DNA from: Dehalococcoidales bacterium
GTDB taxonomy: Bacteria; Chloroflexota; Dehalococcoidia; Dehalococcoidales; Fen-1064
NCBI GenBank assembly: GCA_016929875.1
Contig: JAFGHZ010000053.1
Location: forward strand, 1 to 35,579
Reading direction: 5' to 3'
Length of the DNA stretch: 35,579 bases
The position numbers and the translations under genes were made by a program. Positions 25,016-32,624 of this stretch are shown one piece after another (the first letter of the stretch is position 1; every line of letters starts with the position of its first letter). The notes below the pieces were generated by a model. It searched no databases, was not told where the DNA came from, and saw only the letters and a list, made by a program, of their open reading frames with translations.

Positions 25016-26191
25016 ATGGCTAATGCAGAACAGTTAGAGTTTCTTCGACAGCGAATAATCTCACTATCGCTACCACAAGATTACGAACCTTTTCGTCCAG
25101 CCAATTTTCAGCCGTCTCACATCTACCTTACCAAGGGTAGTGTGGCCACGTTAGAACGTAGGAGGTTTGTCGAACGAATCTGCGCTCTCTACCCTGAGGC
25201 ATGTGTGGAAGAAAGGTTTGCCGTAACACATAACCGGCTGGAATTGAACGGACAAACTTCTCTCGACCTTCATCAGACCGGTAAGCATACTCTTGTGTTC
25301 GGTGAGCTTGCATCGGCGGTGCGCTTTGCCGAAGAGAAGGGGAACACCTGCCCAAATTATTGGCACTTCTCTCCCTATGGATTTTGCCCATACGGCTGCA
25401 AGTACTGTTATCTGGCAGGGACCCCAGGCGTTAAGTTCTCGCCCTCGGTCAAGATCTACGTAAACTTACCAGAGATATTACAGCAAATCGATAATATCGC
25501 ACTAAGGCTAGCGACGCCTACGGCGTTCTACCTCGGTAAACTCCAGGATGCTTTGGCATTGGACCCTCTCACAGCTTACTCCACGGTCATGGTACCCTTT
25601 TTCGCCGCACATCCATGGGCACGCCTCACTCTTCTGACAAAGAGCGCTTATGTTGACCGCCTTTTAGACTTAGACCATCGCGGTAACTCCATTCTTTCGT
25701 GGAGCGTGAACCCACCGGAAGTATCGTCCATCTTTGAGGAAAACACACCCAGTGTCAATCAGCGTCTCATTGCTATGCGTCGTGTTTCCGAACGTGGTTA
25801 TCCCGTGCGCGCCATTATGATGCCCGTCATCCCAATTGACGACTGGCGAAGTTTGTACAGTACATTCACAAGGCGCCTACTTGAGACTGTGCCCATACAG
25901 CGTCTGACAATCGGCGGAATCTGTATCTACCGGAGCGCTCGTGACCTTATGGAGAAAAAGATGGGAACACAAAACGTGGTGTCAGAGCACATCGACCATT
26001 CAATTTATAAAGCAGAAGATGGGAGGGAACGATATCCACACAGCCTCCGCCACGAGGTTTATTCATTCATTATCAAATCTGCGCGGAGTGTTCGTCCGGA
26101 CCTGGATATCTCCCTTTGTCTGGAAGAAAAAGCACTGTGGGAAAGTACTGGACTCACGAAGAATATGGGACGTTGCAATTGCAACTTGTAA
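25016..26191 (+). CDS. Radical SAM enzyme of the spore photoproduct lyase (SplB/COG1533) family
   Basis: 391 aa. CxxxCxxC cluster CPYGCKYCYLAG. Several blocks align by eye with B. subtilis SplB: KHTLVFG.../KSTLVIG..., VKIYVNLPEILQQ/IRTYVNVEEILDQ, LTLLTKSAYVDRLLDLDHRGN/LRFVTKFHHVDHLLDAKHNGK and ERGYPVRAIMMPVIP/KAGYPLGFIVAPIY. Confidence 0.85.
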   Translation: MANAEQLEFLRQRIISLSLPQDYEPFRPANFQPSHIYLTKGSVATLERRRFVERICALYPEACVEERFAVTHNRLELNGQTSLDLHQTGKHTLVFGELASAVRFAEEKGNTCPNYWHFSPYGFCPYGCKYCYLAGTPGVKFSPSVKIYVNLPEILQQIDNIALRLATPTAFYLGKLQDALALDPLTAYSTVMVPFFAAHPWARLTLLTKSAYVDRLLDLDHRGNSILSWSVNPPEVSSIFEENTPSVNQRLIAMRRVSERGYPVRAIMMPVIPIDDWRSLYSTFTRRLLETVPIQRLTIGGICIYRSARDLMEKKMGTQNVVSEHIDHSIYKAEDGRERYPHSLRHEVYSFIIKSARSVRPDLDISLCLEEKALWESTGLTKNMGRCNCNL

Positions 26192-26240
26192 AAGAGATGT
26201 CGAAAGTTCACTAGCGGCTAAATTTAACCTCTCTCACATT

Positions 26241-26315
26241 CTCAACTTTCCAATTCGGGAAAGTAAAATAGCCCTCGTTTTTTTAACGATTTCGAGAGTT
26301 TTTCTATTTTTGCTA
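26241..26315 (+). repeat. Intergenic repeat, family B, copy A
   Basis: ttccaattcgggaaagtaaaata followed by gccctcgtttttttaacgatttcgagagtttttctatttttgcta (26271-26315). This is 38/45 identical to 30264-30308. Confidence 0.6.
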
Positions 26316-26414
26316 CTAAATTGCTATATAGGTAGTAAAATAAGATTGACTATCAAAAAACTGGGTGCTAAAATTTATCCCGTTCCCAATACGGAATAAA
26401 ACAGGAAAAGGTTT

Positions 26415-27698
26415 TTGTCAACACAACCTAAGCAAAACATTTTCTACGGTTACATCATTGTAGCCGCTTCCATATTTATCCTGACCATTATGCATGGTGT
26501 GGCAAGCACCTACGGCGTCTTCTTCGGTTCTTTACAACAGGAACTGAATACCAACCGTGCCATCATCTCCGGCGCTAATTCTGTCTTTTCCTTGCTGGTA
26601 GGGCTAGCGGGTATCTTAGTAGGCGGACTTACAGACAGATTTGGCCCGAAAAAGGTAATAGCGGTGAGCGGTGTGTTGCTGGCAGTTGGCTTACTGCTGA
26701 TGTCGAGGCTGAACAGCATATGGGAGTTGTATTTCTACTACTCTTTTATAATCGGAGTCGCCTCCGCAAGCGGCAACGTTGCGCTTCTTTCCACTACTAC
26801 CCGGTGGTTCCTCAAAAACCGCAGTCTGATGACTGGAATCGTTAAAGTCGGAACCGGCCTCGGTATGTTTATCATACCGGCGGTCGCGGGCTGGCTCATT
26901 GAGGCCTATGACTGGAGGCTGGCCTGCGTTATCCTGGGTATAATAGGTGCTATAGGAATTGTCCCCGCTTCAATTCTTTTAAAACGCGACCCGGGAGAAT
27001 CAGGGCTGAAGCCGTTGGGTTCGGATGAGGCGGCACTGGTCTCAAAGTTGAGCGGCGGTGTTCATCTCACCTTTGTTGAGACGTTGAAAACCCCGATGTT
27101 CTGGATTTTCTGCTCGATGTATTTTTTCACCGGCTATGTTACGCAGTCTATAATGATTCATATCGTGCCTTATGCTACCGATGGCGACATACCCATTGCC
27201 GCCGCCGCAATAACCGCCTCACTCATAGGGGGAGCCAGCATAGCAGGCAGGCTGGTTATCGGCAGGAGCGGAGACAGGCTAGGCACCAGGAAGTCAATTA
27301 TAATCTGCTACGTTATCCTTCTGGCGTCCTTAACGTTTTTGCAACTGACCGGAGGCCAGTGGATGCTCTACCTTTTTGCTCTGGCCTATGGGTTCGCTCA
27401 CGGTGGTTTTTACACGGTGATATCCCCGATGGTCGCCGATCTGTTCGGAATGAAATCTCACGGAGTGAACTACGGGATGGCTCTTTTTATAGCCAGTATC
27501 GGGGCAGGTATAGGGCCGTTCATCACCGGACTGATATACGATTCCCAGGGCAGTTACCACCTGGCTTTTATTATTTTGATAGCTCTTAGCCTTATTGCCT
27601 TTATACTGTGCCTCACAATCAGGCCGGTTAAGAGAAAAGAAGTGTCTCTGGCGGACGGTGACATTCTTGGGTCCGGGGATGGGACGTCTTCCGGGTGA
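26415..27698 (+). CDS. MFS transporter (possibly oxalate/formate-antiporter-like subfamily)
   Basis: 427 aa, about 12 TM segments, GGLTDRFGPKK loop motif, TTG start in the ORF track. The subfamily call is weak. Confidence 0.85.
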   Translation: MSTQPKQNIFYGYIIVAASIFILTIMHGVASTYGVFFGSLQQELNTNRAIISGANSVFSLLVGLAGILVGGLTDRFGPKKVIAVSGVLLAVGLLLMSRLNSIWELYFYYSFIIGVASASGNVALLSTTTRWFLKNRSLMTGIVKVGTGLGMFIIPAVAGWLIEAYDWRLACVILGIIGAIGIVPASILLKRDPGESGLKPLGSDEAALVSKLSGGVHLTFVETLKTPMFWIFCSMYFFTGYVTQSIMIHIVPYATDGDIPIAAAAITASLIGGASIAGRLVIGRSGDRLGTRKSIIICYVILLASLTFLQLTGGQWMLYLFALAYGFAHGGFYTVISPMVADLFGMKSHGVNYGMALFIASIGAGIGPFITGLIYDSQGSYHLAFIILIALSLIAFILCLTIRPVKRKEVSLADGDILGSGDGTSSG

Positions 27699-27903
27699 AC
27701 TCAAATGTCCCTCTCTAAATAAGCTTTCAAGCGGATTTATCGGATTAAAAGCCACTTGACTACAACGCGAAGTATGAGCATAAAGGGAGAGACATCCCGA
27801 TGTTCGTTCAGTGGTAAATTAACCAATAATTTAGGGCAACATTTTAGGCTATTATGATATCAGTGCCATAAGATACTTTTTATTAGTATTTTCAAGTTAT
27901 GTT

Positions 27904-27932
27904 TTGCAAAATATACCATTTTATTGTATAGT
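27904..27932 (+). promoter_or_regulatory. Candidate sigma-70-type promoter (TTGCAA-N17-TATAGT) for the zinc-ribbon/DEAD-box/RRM cluster
   Basis: ttgcaa at 27904-27909 and tatagt at 27927-27932, in a very AT-rich 339-bp gap. It implies a 5' UTR of about 100 nt. Confidence 0.45.
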
Positions 27933-27990
27933 TAATATAGTTTCAGTTTAGGTTATTAATGCTTTTTCGACATCGATCAGATTCAATAGT

Positions 27991-28039
27991 ATTGGATGAC
28001 CGTAACTCTAACAAATAAGTGAAAAGGAGGTCATCCAAT
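27991..28039 (+). promoter_or_regulatory. 5' UTR hairpin sequestering the SD/start codon of the zinc-ribbon gene
   Basis: Perfect 11-bp inverted repeat attggatgacc (27991-28001) / ggtcatccaat (28029-28039). The 3' arm runs from the last GG of the SD (aaggagg) into the first two bases of the ATG (28038). Confidence 0.55.
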
Positions 28040-28355
28040 GAGTTTTCAGGAAAAATCACTCCAGTGTTCCGATTGTGGGACTACTTTTGCATTTACTGTT
28101 GAAGAACAGGAGTTTTTCTCCTCAAAAGGTTTCACTAACGAACCGAAGCGTTGTCCTTCATGCCGTCAGGCAAGAAAACAGCGGCAGGATAGTAATGGCT
28201 ACCAGAGAAGTGGCTCACATTTCCAGTCACAACGGCAAATGTTTCCTGCCACTTGCGCACAATGCGGAAAAACTACTGAAGTACCGTTCGAACCGAGAAG
28301 CGGTAGACCGGTATATTGCAGAGACTGCTTCAACACCATCAAAGTAACCCGGTAA
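28038..28355 (+). CDS. Double zinc-ribbon protein (105 aa)
   Basis: It has CSDCG...CPSCR with the FAFTVEEQEFFSSKGFTNEPKRC pattern, and CAQCG...VPFEPRSGRPVYCRDCF. Both are recurrent small zinc-ribbon modules (zf-trcl-like and CxxC-x17-CxxC type, from memory). Confidence 0.75.
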   Translation: MSFQEKSLQCSDCGTTFAFTVEEQEFFSSKGFTNEPKRCPSCRQARKQRQDSNGYQRSGSHFQSQRQMFPATCAQCGKTTEVPFEPRSGRPVYCRDCFNTIKVTR

Positions 28356-28366
28356 GCTCTGCCTTT

Positions 28367-28406
28367 ATAGAAGCACAGGGCGGGTAATACCGTCTTGTGC
28401 TTCTAT
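28367..28406 (+). terminator. Strong hairpin between the zinc-ribbon and helicase genes (terminator or processing/stability element)
   Basis: Perfect 11-bp stem atagaagcaca (28367-28377) / tgtgcttctat (28396-28406). A T-run (tgtttttt) follows only after 8 nt, so the terminator call is tentative. Confidence 0.45.
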
Positions 28407-28479
28407 CGATACCTGTTTTTTCCCGGGTTAAAAATCCAGTATATGTTTCATATGGCATTACTTTATTTTTAGGAGTTTA

Positions 28480-29712
28480 ATGAATTTCGAAACCTTTAAT
28501 TTCCATCCGAGCGTTATGGCTGGTGTGCGAGCGCTTGGTTATGTGACACCAACACCGATTCAACTTCAATCTATACCTCCTGCGATGCAAGGTCGAGATG
28601 TTTTGGGGCTGGCGCAAACTGGCACCGGTAAAACGGCCGCTTTTGCGTTACCGATTCTGCATCGTTTGCAACAGGGTAAAAGGGGTATCTTGCGTGCTCT
28701 TGTAGTATCACCTACGCGTGAACTGGCGGAACAAACCTGTGAGGCTTTCTCCACATTAGGACGGGCAACAGGCTTAAGGGCCGTGTCTATTTATGGTGGA
28801 GTAGGCAAAGACCAGCAAATACGAAAATTACGTGCCGGCGCGGAAATTGCGGTTGGATGCCCCGGCCGTTTACTTGACCATATATGGCAGGGAGACATGG
28901 ATTTATCACATCTGGAAGTCCTGGTAATTGATGAAGCAGACCGGATGTTCGATATGGGCTTTTTACCTGATATCAAGAACATTTTACAGTGTATTTTACA
29001 GCCGAAACAGACATTGCTTTTTTCTGCGACGATGCCTGACGATATCCGTCGTCTTGTAAAAGAAATCTTGCAAAATCCGGTCACCGTACAAATCGGGCAC
29101 ACCGCACCGGTTGCGACGGTATCTCATGCATTATACCCGGTTAAGCAACATCTCAAGACCGCATTGCTGATGGAACTCTTGTACCAGACCAAAACAGATT
29201 CAGTGCTGGTTTTTGCGCGCACCAAGCATCGCGTGGAGCGTCTCTCGGAGCAACTCCATAAAGCCGGGCACAGAGTTGCTTCATTGCAGGGTAATCTTTC
29301 CCAGCAAAGACGCCAGTCGGCTTTGGAACGGTTCCGTTCAGGTGATGTCAAGATATTGGTTGCAACCGATATTGCTGCCCGCGGTATCGATGTATCGGGT
29401 ATATCTCATGTTATCAATTACGATATACCTGAGAGTGTCGACGCCTACACTCATCGTATCGGACGTACAGGGCGTGTCGATGAAACCGGTGAGGCGTTTA
29501 CCTTTGTGACAGGTGAAGATAACACGCTGGTACGCGATATCGAGAAAGTGCTCAAGAAACCTCTGGAGAGGCGTACTTTACAGGGTTTTGATTACGAGGT
29601 ACCTTCGTCCGCCAAAGAAATCAGGCATTCTTCTCCCATGATACTGAAAGCTAAGTTCCGCAGGCAGGGAATAGGCAAAAAATATCGGTTTGACATGAGT
29701 AGAAGCAGTTAG
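28480..29712 (+). CDS. DEAD-box ATP-dependent RNA helicase
   Basis: 410 aa. Q motif (TPIQ), AQTGTGKT, PTRELA, DEAD (VIDEADRM), SAT, ARGID and HRIGRTGR. Confidence 0.95.
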   Translation: MNFETFNFHPSVMAGVRALGYVTPTPIQLQSIPPAMQGRDVLGLAQTGTGKTAAFALPILHRLQQGKRGILRALVVSPTRELAEQTCEAFSTLGRATGLRAVSIYGGVGKDQQIRKLRAGAEIAVGCPGRLLDHIWQGDMDLSHLEVLVIDEADRMFDMGFLPDIKNILQCILQPKQTLLFSATMPDDIRRLVKEILQNPVTVQIGHTAPVATVSHALYPVKQHLKTALLMELLYQTKTDSVLVFARTKHRVERLSEQLHKAGHRVASLQGNLSQQRRQSALERFRSGDVKILVATDIAARGIDVSGISHVINYDIPESVDAYTHRIGRTGRVDETGEAFTFVTGEDNTLVRDIEKVLKKPLERRTLQGFDYEVPSSAKEIRHSSPMILKAKFRRQGIGKKYRFDMSRSS

Positions 29713-29788
29713 AACCCCAAAAGCAGTCGCAATTATATTTACGGTCCAATAGCATATTGGATGGAAAAAGAAAAAATAGGAGACAACT

Positions 29789-30121
29789 ATGAAAATTTAT
29801 GTAGGCAATTTATCTTATGATGCTACCGAAGATGAATTAAGGTCGGAATTCAGCGCTTTCGGAAAAGTCGAATCTGTCAGCATCATAACCGACAAGTACA
29901 GTGGAAGGTCAAAAGGATTTGCGTTTATAGAAATGCCCACCATATCTGAGGGGCAAGCCGCTATCGATGCATTAAATGGCAAACAGCTAAAAGAGCGTAC
30001 ATTGACAGTTAATGCGGCCAGACCGCCTAGCAGTGAAGGCAGAAGCGGTTATCGTGATAATAGAGGCGGCGGGTATGGCGGTAATCGTGGCGGCTATAGT
30101 GGTGGTCGTAATCGTAGATAG
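29789..30121 (+). CDS. RRM-type RNA-binding protein with RGG/glycine-rich tail
   Basis: 110 aa. RNP2 KIYVGNL, RNP1 KGFAFIEM, C-terminal GYRDNRGGGYGGNRGGYSGGRNRR. Confidence 0.93.
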   Translation: MKIYVGNLSYDATEDELRSEFSAFGKVESVSIITDKYSGRSKGFAFIEMPTISEGQAAIDALNGKQLKERTLTVNAARPPSSEGRSGYRDNRGGGYGGNRGGYSGGRNRR

Positions 30122-30263
30122 GCGGATATATTTCAATAGACCATAGAAGACCACGAAACGGGTTGTTTTGTGGGTGTAGAGATGGTGAAATCGTACAAAC
30201 ACGAGTAAATAGATTTACGCGAGACTTAACTGTCGTTCCGCTACCTATTTTTGAAGTTAAAAA

Positions 30264-30308
30264 GCCCTCGATTTCTAAATGATTTCGGGGGTTTTTCCAT
30301 TTTTGCTA
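30264..30308 (+). repeat. Intergenic repeat, family B, copy B
   Basis: gccctcgatttctaaatgatttcgggggtttttccatttttgcta. Its 3' end provides TTGCTA (30303-30308), which with a 16-nt spacer faces TATAAT (30325-30330). Confidence 0.6.
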
Positions 30309-30385
30309 ACAACAGTAAAAAAGTTATAATAGTAAGGTACACTAAGAAGAACCATTAAAACTAGGTTTCGGAATAGAGGTGCGTA

Positions 30386-31750
30386 ATGGCTGGGTTTTTT
30401 GCTTTGAGTGTTGATGCCAAAAAGTATCAGGGCACTTTTCTGGAAGACCTGTTCGGGATGACTTTCTACCAACAGCATCTGGGTGAGGACTACGCAGGGC
30501 TCTCGACATACAATGGAGAGAAAATAAATATCCGCACCCATCGGGGACTTTTCAGACAGACCTTTGCCGATGATCTAACGGGCCTTGAAGGAATTATGGG
30601 AATCGGTTACTGCGGTGATAATCGAGAACCAATTTTAGTCGATTCGAAATTCGGTAGTTTCGCTGCCTGTTTTTCCGGCAATATTATTAACCGGGACGAG
30701 TTAGTAAAAAAACTCATGGACGAAGGCCATTCTTTTGCCTGGGGCGGTTCAGATATTGAGATTATTACCAAATTACTCGCGAGAGGAAAAGGACTTGTCG
30801 ACGGCATCAAGAAAATGAACAGTGAAATCCAGGGGGCTTATTCGGTAGCGATACTTACCCCTCAGGGAATCTATGCATTCTCCGACCCGAGCGGTCGCTG
30901 GCCAATGGTTCTCGGTGAAAAAGCCGGTGCAGTGGCAGTCACTACCGACCCGTGTGGTTTTGCGAACTGGGGATTTAATTACCTCAGGGATTTAGAACCC
31001 GGTGAAATCGTCCTGTTGAGTGGGGACAGTGTTGAAACAAAAGGTAAAATAGCCAACGGTAAAACTCAGATTTGCACTTTCGTCTGGGTTTATACAAATT
31101 TCCCGACAGCAGTGTTCAAAAATGTGGCTGTCTCAGCAGTGAGAAAAAGATTGGGTGCGGCTCTGGCTAAAAGAGATATACAGCAAGATTTTATTCCGGA
31201 TATCGTTGCTCCCGTGCCTGATTCGGGGAGATTCAGCGCTATAGGGTATCACCAGGAGTTCTGCCGTCAAATAAATGAGAAAAAAATAGACAGAATCCCC
31301 GTATATGACGAGGTAATAATCAAGTATCCGTATTCCGGCAGGAGTTATCCGCGATCAACTCAAACAAAAAGAGAGATGGAGGCCCATGTCAAACAATTGA
31401 GAAGCGGCGAGAGTTATGCCGGTAAGAGAGTAGTACTTTGCGACGATTCTGTTCGCAGGGGCACTCAGATTGAGAAAAATCTGGTGCCTAAACTCAGAGC
31501 ACTTGGTATTGGCGAGATTCACTTCAGAATTTCCAATCCGGATTCTTTTTCCTACTGCCAGTGGGGGAAAACAATCAAAAAAGGAGAACTCCTGGCCGCT
31601 CAGGTCCCTTCAATTAAAAAGAGAATTAAACTACTGGGTATCGACAGTCTGGAATATACTACCGTCCATGAGCTGGCAGAAGCGATCGGACTACCTCTGG
31701 AATCCTTATGTATCGACTGTGATTTACCGACGCAGGAATCACTAGTTTGA
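30386..31750 (+). CDS. Amidophosphoribosyltransferase (PurF)-like protein lacking the N-terminal catalytic cysteine
   Basis: 454 aa. The PRTase loop VVLCDDSVRRGTQ and cysteines at positions matching the PurF 4Fe-4S ligands (ICTFVWVY, FSYCQWG, CIDCD) are present. The N-terminus is MAGFFAL instead of MCG. An in-frame TAA lies directly upstream of the ATG and the SD agaggtg is correctly placed. Confidence 0.8.
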   Translation: MAGFFALSVDAKKYQGTFLEDLFGMTFYQQHLGEDYAGLSTYNGEKINIRTHRGLFRQTFADDLTGLEGIMGIGYCGDNREPILVDSKFGSFAACFSGNIINRDELVKKLMDEGHSFAWGGSDIEIITKLLARGKGLVDGIKKMNSEIQGAYSVAILTPQGIYAFSDPSGRWPMVLGEKAGAVAVTTDPCGFANWGFNYLRDLEPGEIVLLSGDSVETKGKIANGKTQICTFVWVYTNFPTAVFKNVAVSAVRKRLGAALAKRDIQQDFIPDIVAPVPDSGRFSAIGYHQEFCRQINEKKIDRIPVYDEVIIKYPYSGRSYPRSTQTKREMEAHVKQLRSGESYAGKRVVLCDDSVRRGTQIEKNLVPKLRALGIGEIHFRISNPDSFSYCQWGKTIKKGELLAAQVPSIKKRIKLLGIDSLEYTTVHELAEAIGLPLESLCIDCDLPTQESLV

Positions 31751-31785
31751 GTAGTCGTCCGACTGAAAATTAAAGCAAATTCTGA

Positions 31786-31845
31786 CTTCCAATCCGGGAA
31801 GTAATAAGCCCTCGATTTCTAAAAGATTTCACCCGTTTTCTGTCT
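31786..31845 (+). repeat. Intergenic repeat, family B, copy C (5' two-thirds conserved)
   Basis: cttccaatccgggaagtaataa followed by gccctcgatttctaaaagatttc. This is 22/23 identical to copy B over the core, and it shares the ttccaat(t)c(c)gggaa hairpin with copy A. It is followed by TTGACA (31862-31867)-N17-TACATT (31885-31890). Confidence 0.55.
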
Positions 31846-31940
31846 CTGATGTAAGCTATACTTGACATTGTGTTATGTATGTGTTACATTATGACGTGGG
31901 AAAGATACTAGATTCTTGATATCACGGGAGGCAAGGAACT

Positions 31941-32375
31941 ATGGCGCCATTACAGAAAAGAGCTTTTTACGGGCTTATCTTCGGTATCGCCTGGACTATC
32001 GCGATTGTTGTGGTTTTTATTCTCAAAGGAGGCGCCACCGCCTTCGATACAGACCAAGCTTTCCGTCTGATTATGGACGGTATCTGGATTGGTGGACTCA
32101 TCGTGTATTTGGTTCTGTTCTATCCGATACTCCGCAAACCTAACCTGGTGGACGAACGCGATAAACTAATTTATGACCGCTCCCCGCGAATACAATGGCT
32201 GTCCGTCATCTTGATGCTGGTAGCCTGGGTTATCGGGTTGACGGAAGGGTTCCGCGGTCAGGGAGTCCCTGCTGTTTTCCTTTATGTGATGTTCTTCACT
32301 ATCCTGTGCGTTAGTGCAATCGCTCAGTGTATCGGTATTCTGGTCGGTTACTGGAGGATGAACCGCGATGGGTAG
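31941..32375 (+). CDS. Small integral membrane protein (144 aa, 4 TM)
   Basis: Four clear hydrophobic segments. It overlaps the downstream HTH gene by 8 nt. Confidence 0.65.
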   Translation: MAPLQKRAFYGLIFGIAWTIAIVVVFILKGGATAFDTDQAFRLIMDGIWIGGLIVYLVLFYPILRKPNLVDERDKLIYDRSPRIQWLSVILMLVAWVIGLTEGFRGQGVPAVFLYVMFFTILCVSAIAQCIGILVGYWRMNRDG

Positions 32376-32577
32376 GATAGAGAACCGCATCAGGAGACTG
32401 CGCTTCGATAATAATGAGATGACGCAGGAGGAACTAGCTCAGCGGGCAGGGTGTACACGTCAAACCATCATCGCACTCGAGCAGGGGAAATACGTACCGT
32501 CCATCGAACTGGCATTCAGGGTTGCCGGGGTCTTCGGGGTATCCCTGGAGGAAGTTTTCCAGTATGAAGACAGTTAA
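32368..32577 (+). CDS. XRE-family helix-turn-helix transcriptional regulator (69 aa)
   Basis: MTQEELAQRAGCTRQTIIALEQGKYVPSIELAFRVAGVFGVSLEEVF is a canonical short XRE/Cro-type HTH. Confidence 0.85.
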   Translation: MGRIENRIRRLRFDNNEMTQEELAQRAGCTRQTIIALEQGKYVPSIELAFRVAGVFGVSLEEVFQYEDS

Positions 32578-32624
32578 GGGATAATCGTCCTATCGAGCAG
32601 GGGAGGGTGAGCCCCGGTTTGTTT

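Noticed and set aside
18960-26400. Calling the lower-GC stretch next to the tRNA a mobile element or genomic island feature
   Set aside because: No integrase, transposase, phage genes or flanking direct repeats are visible. It is reported only as a low-interest compositional observation.
28075-28347. 90-aa alternative-frame ORF inside the zinc-ribbon gene
   Set aside because: The annotated frame contains four CxxC pairs in conserved zinc-ribbon spacing and starts behind a strong SD. The alternative frame has neither.
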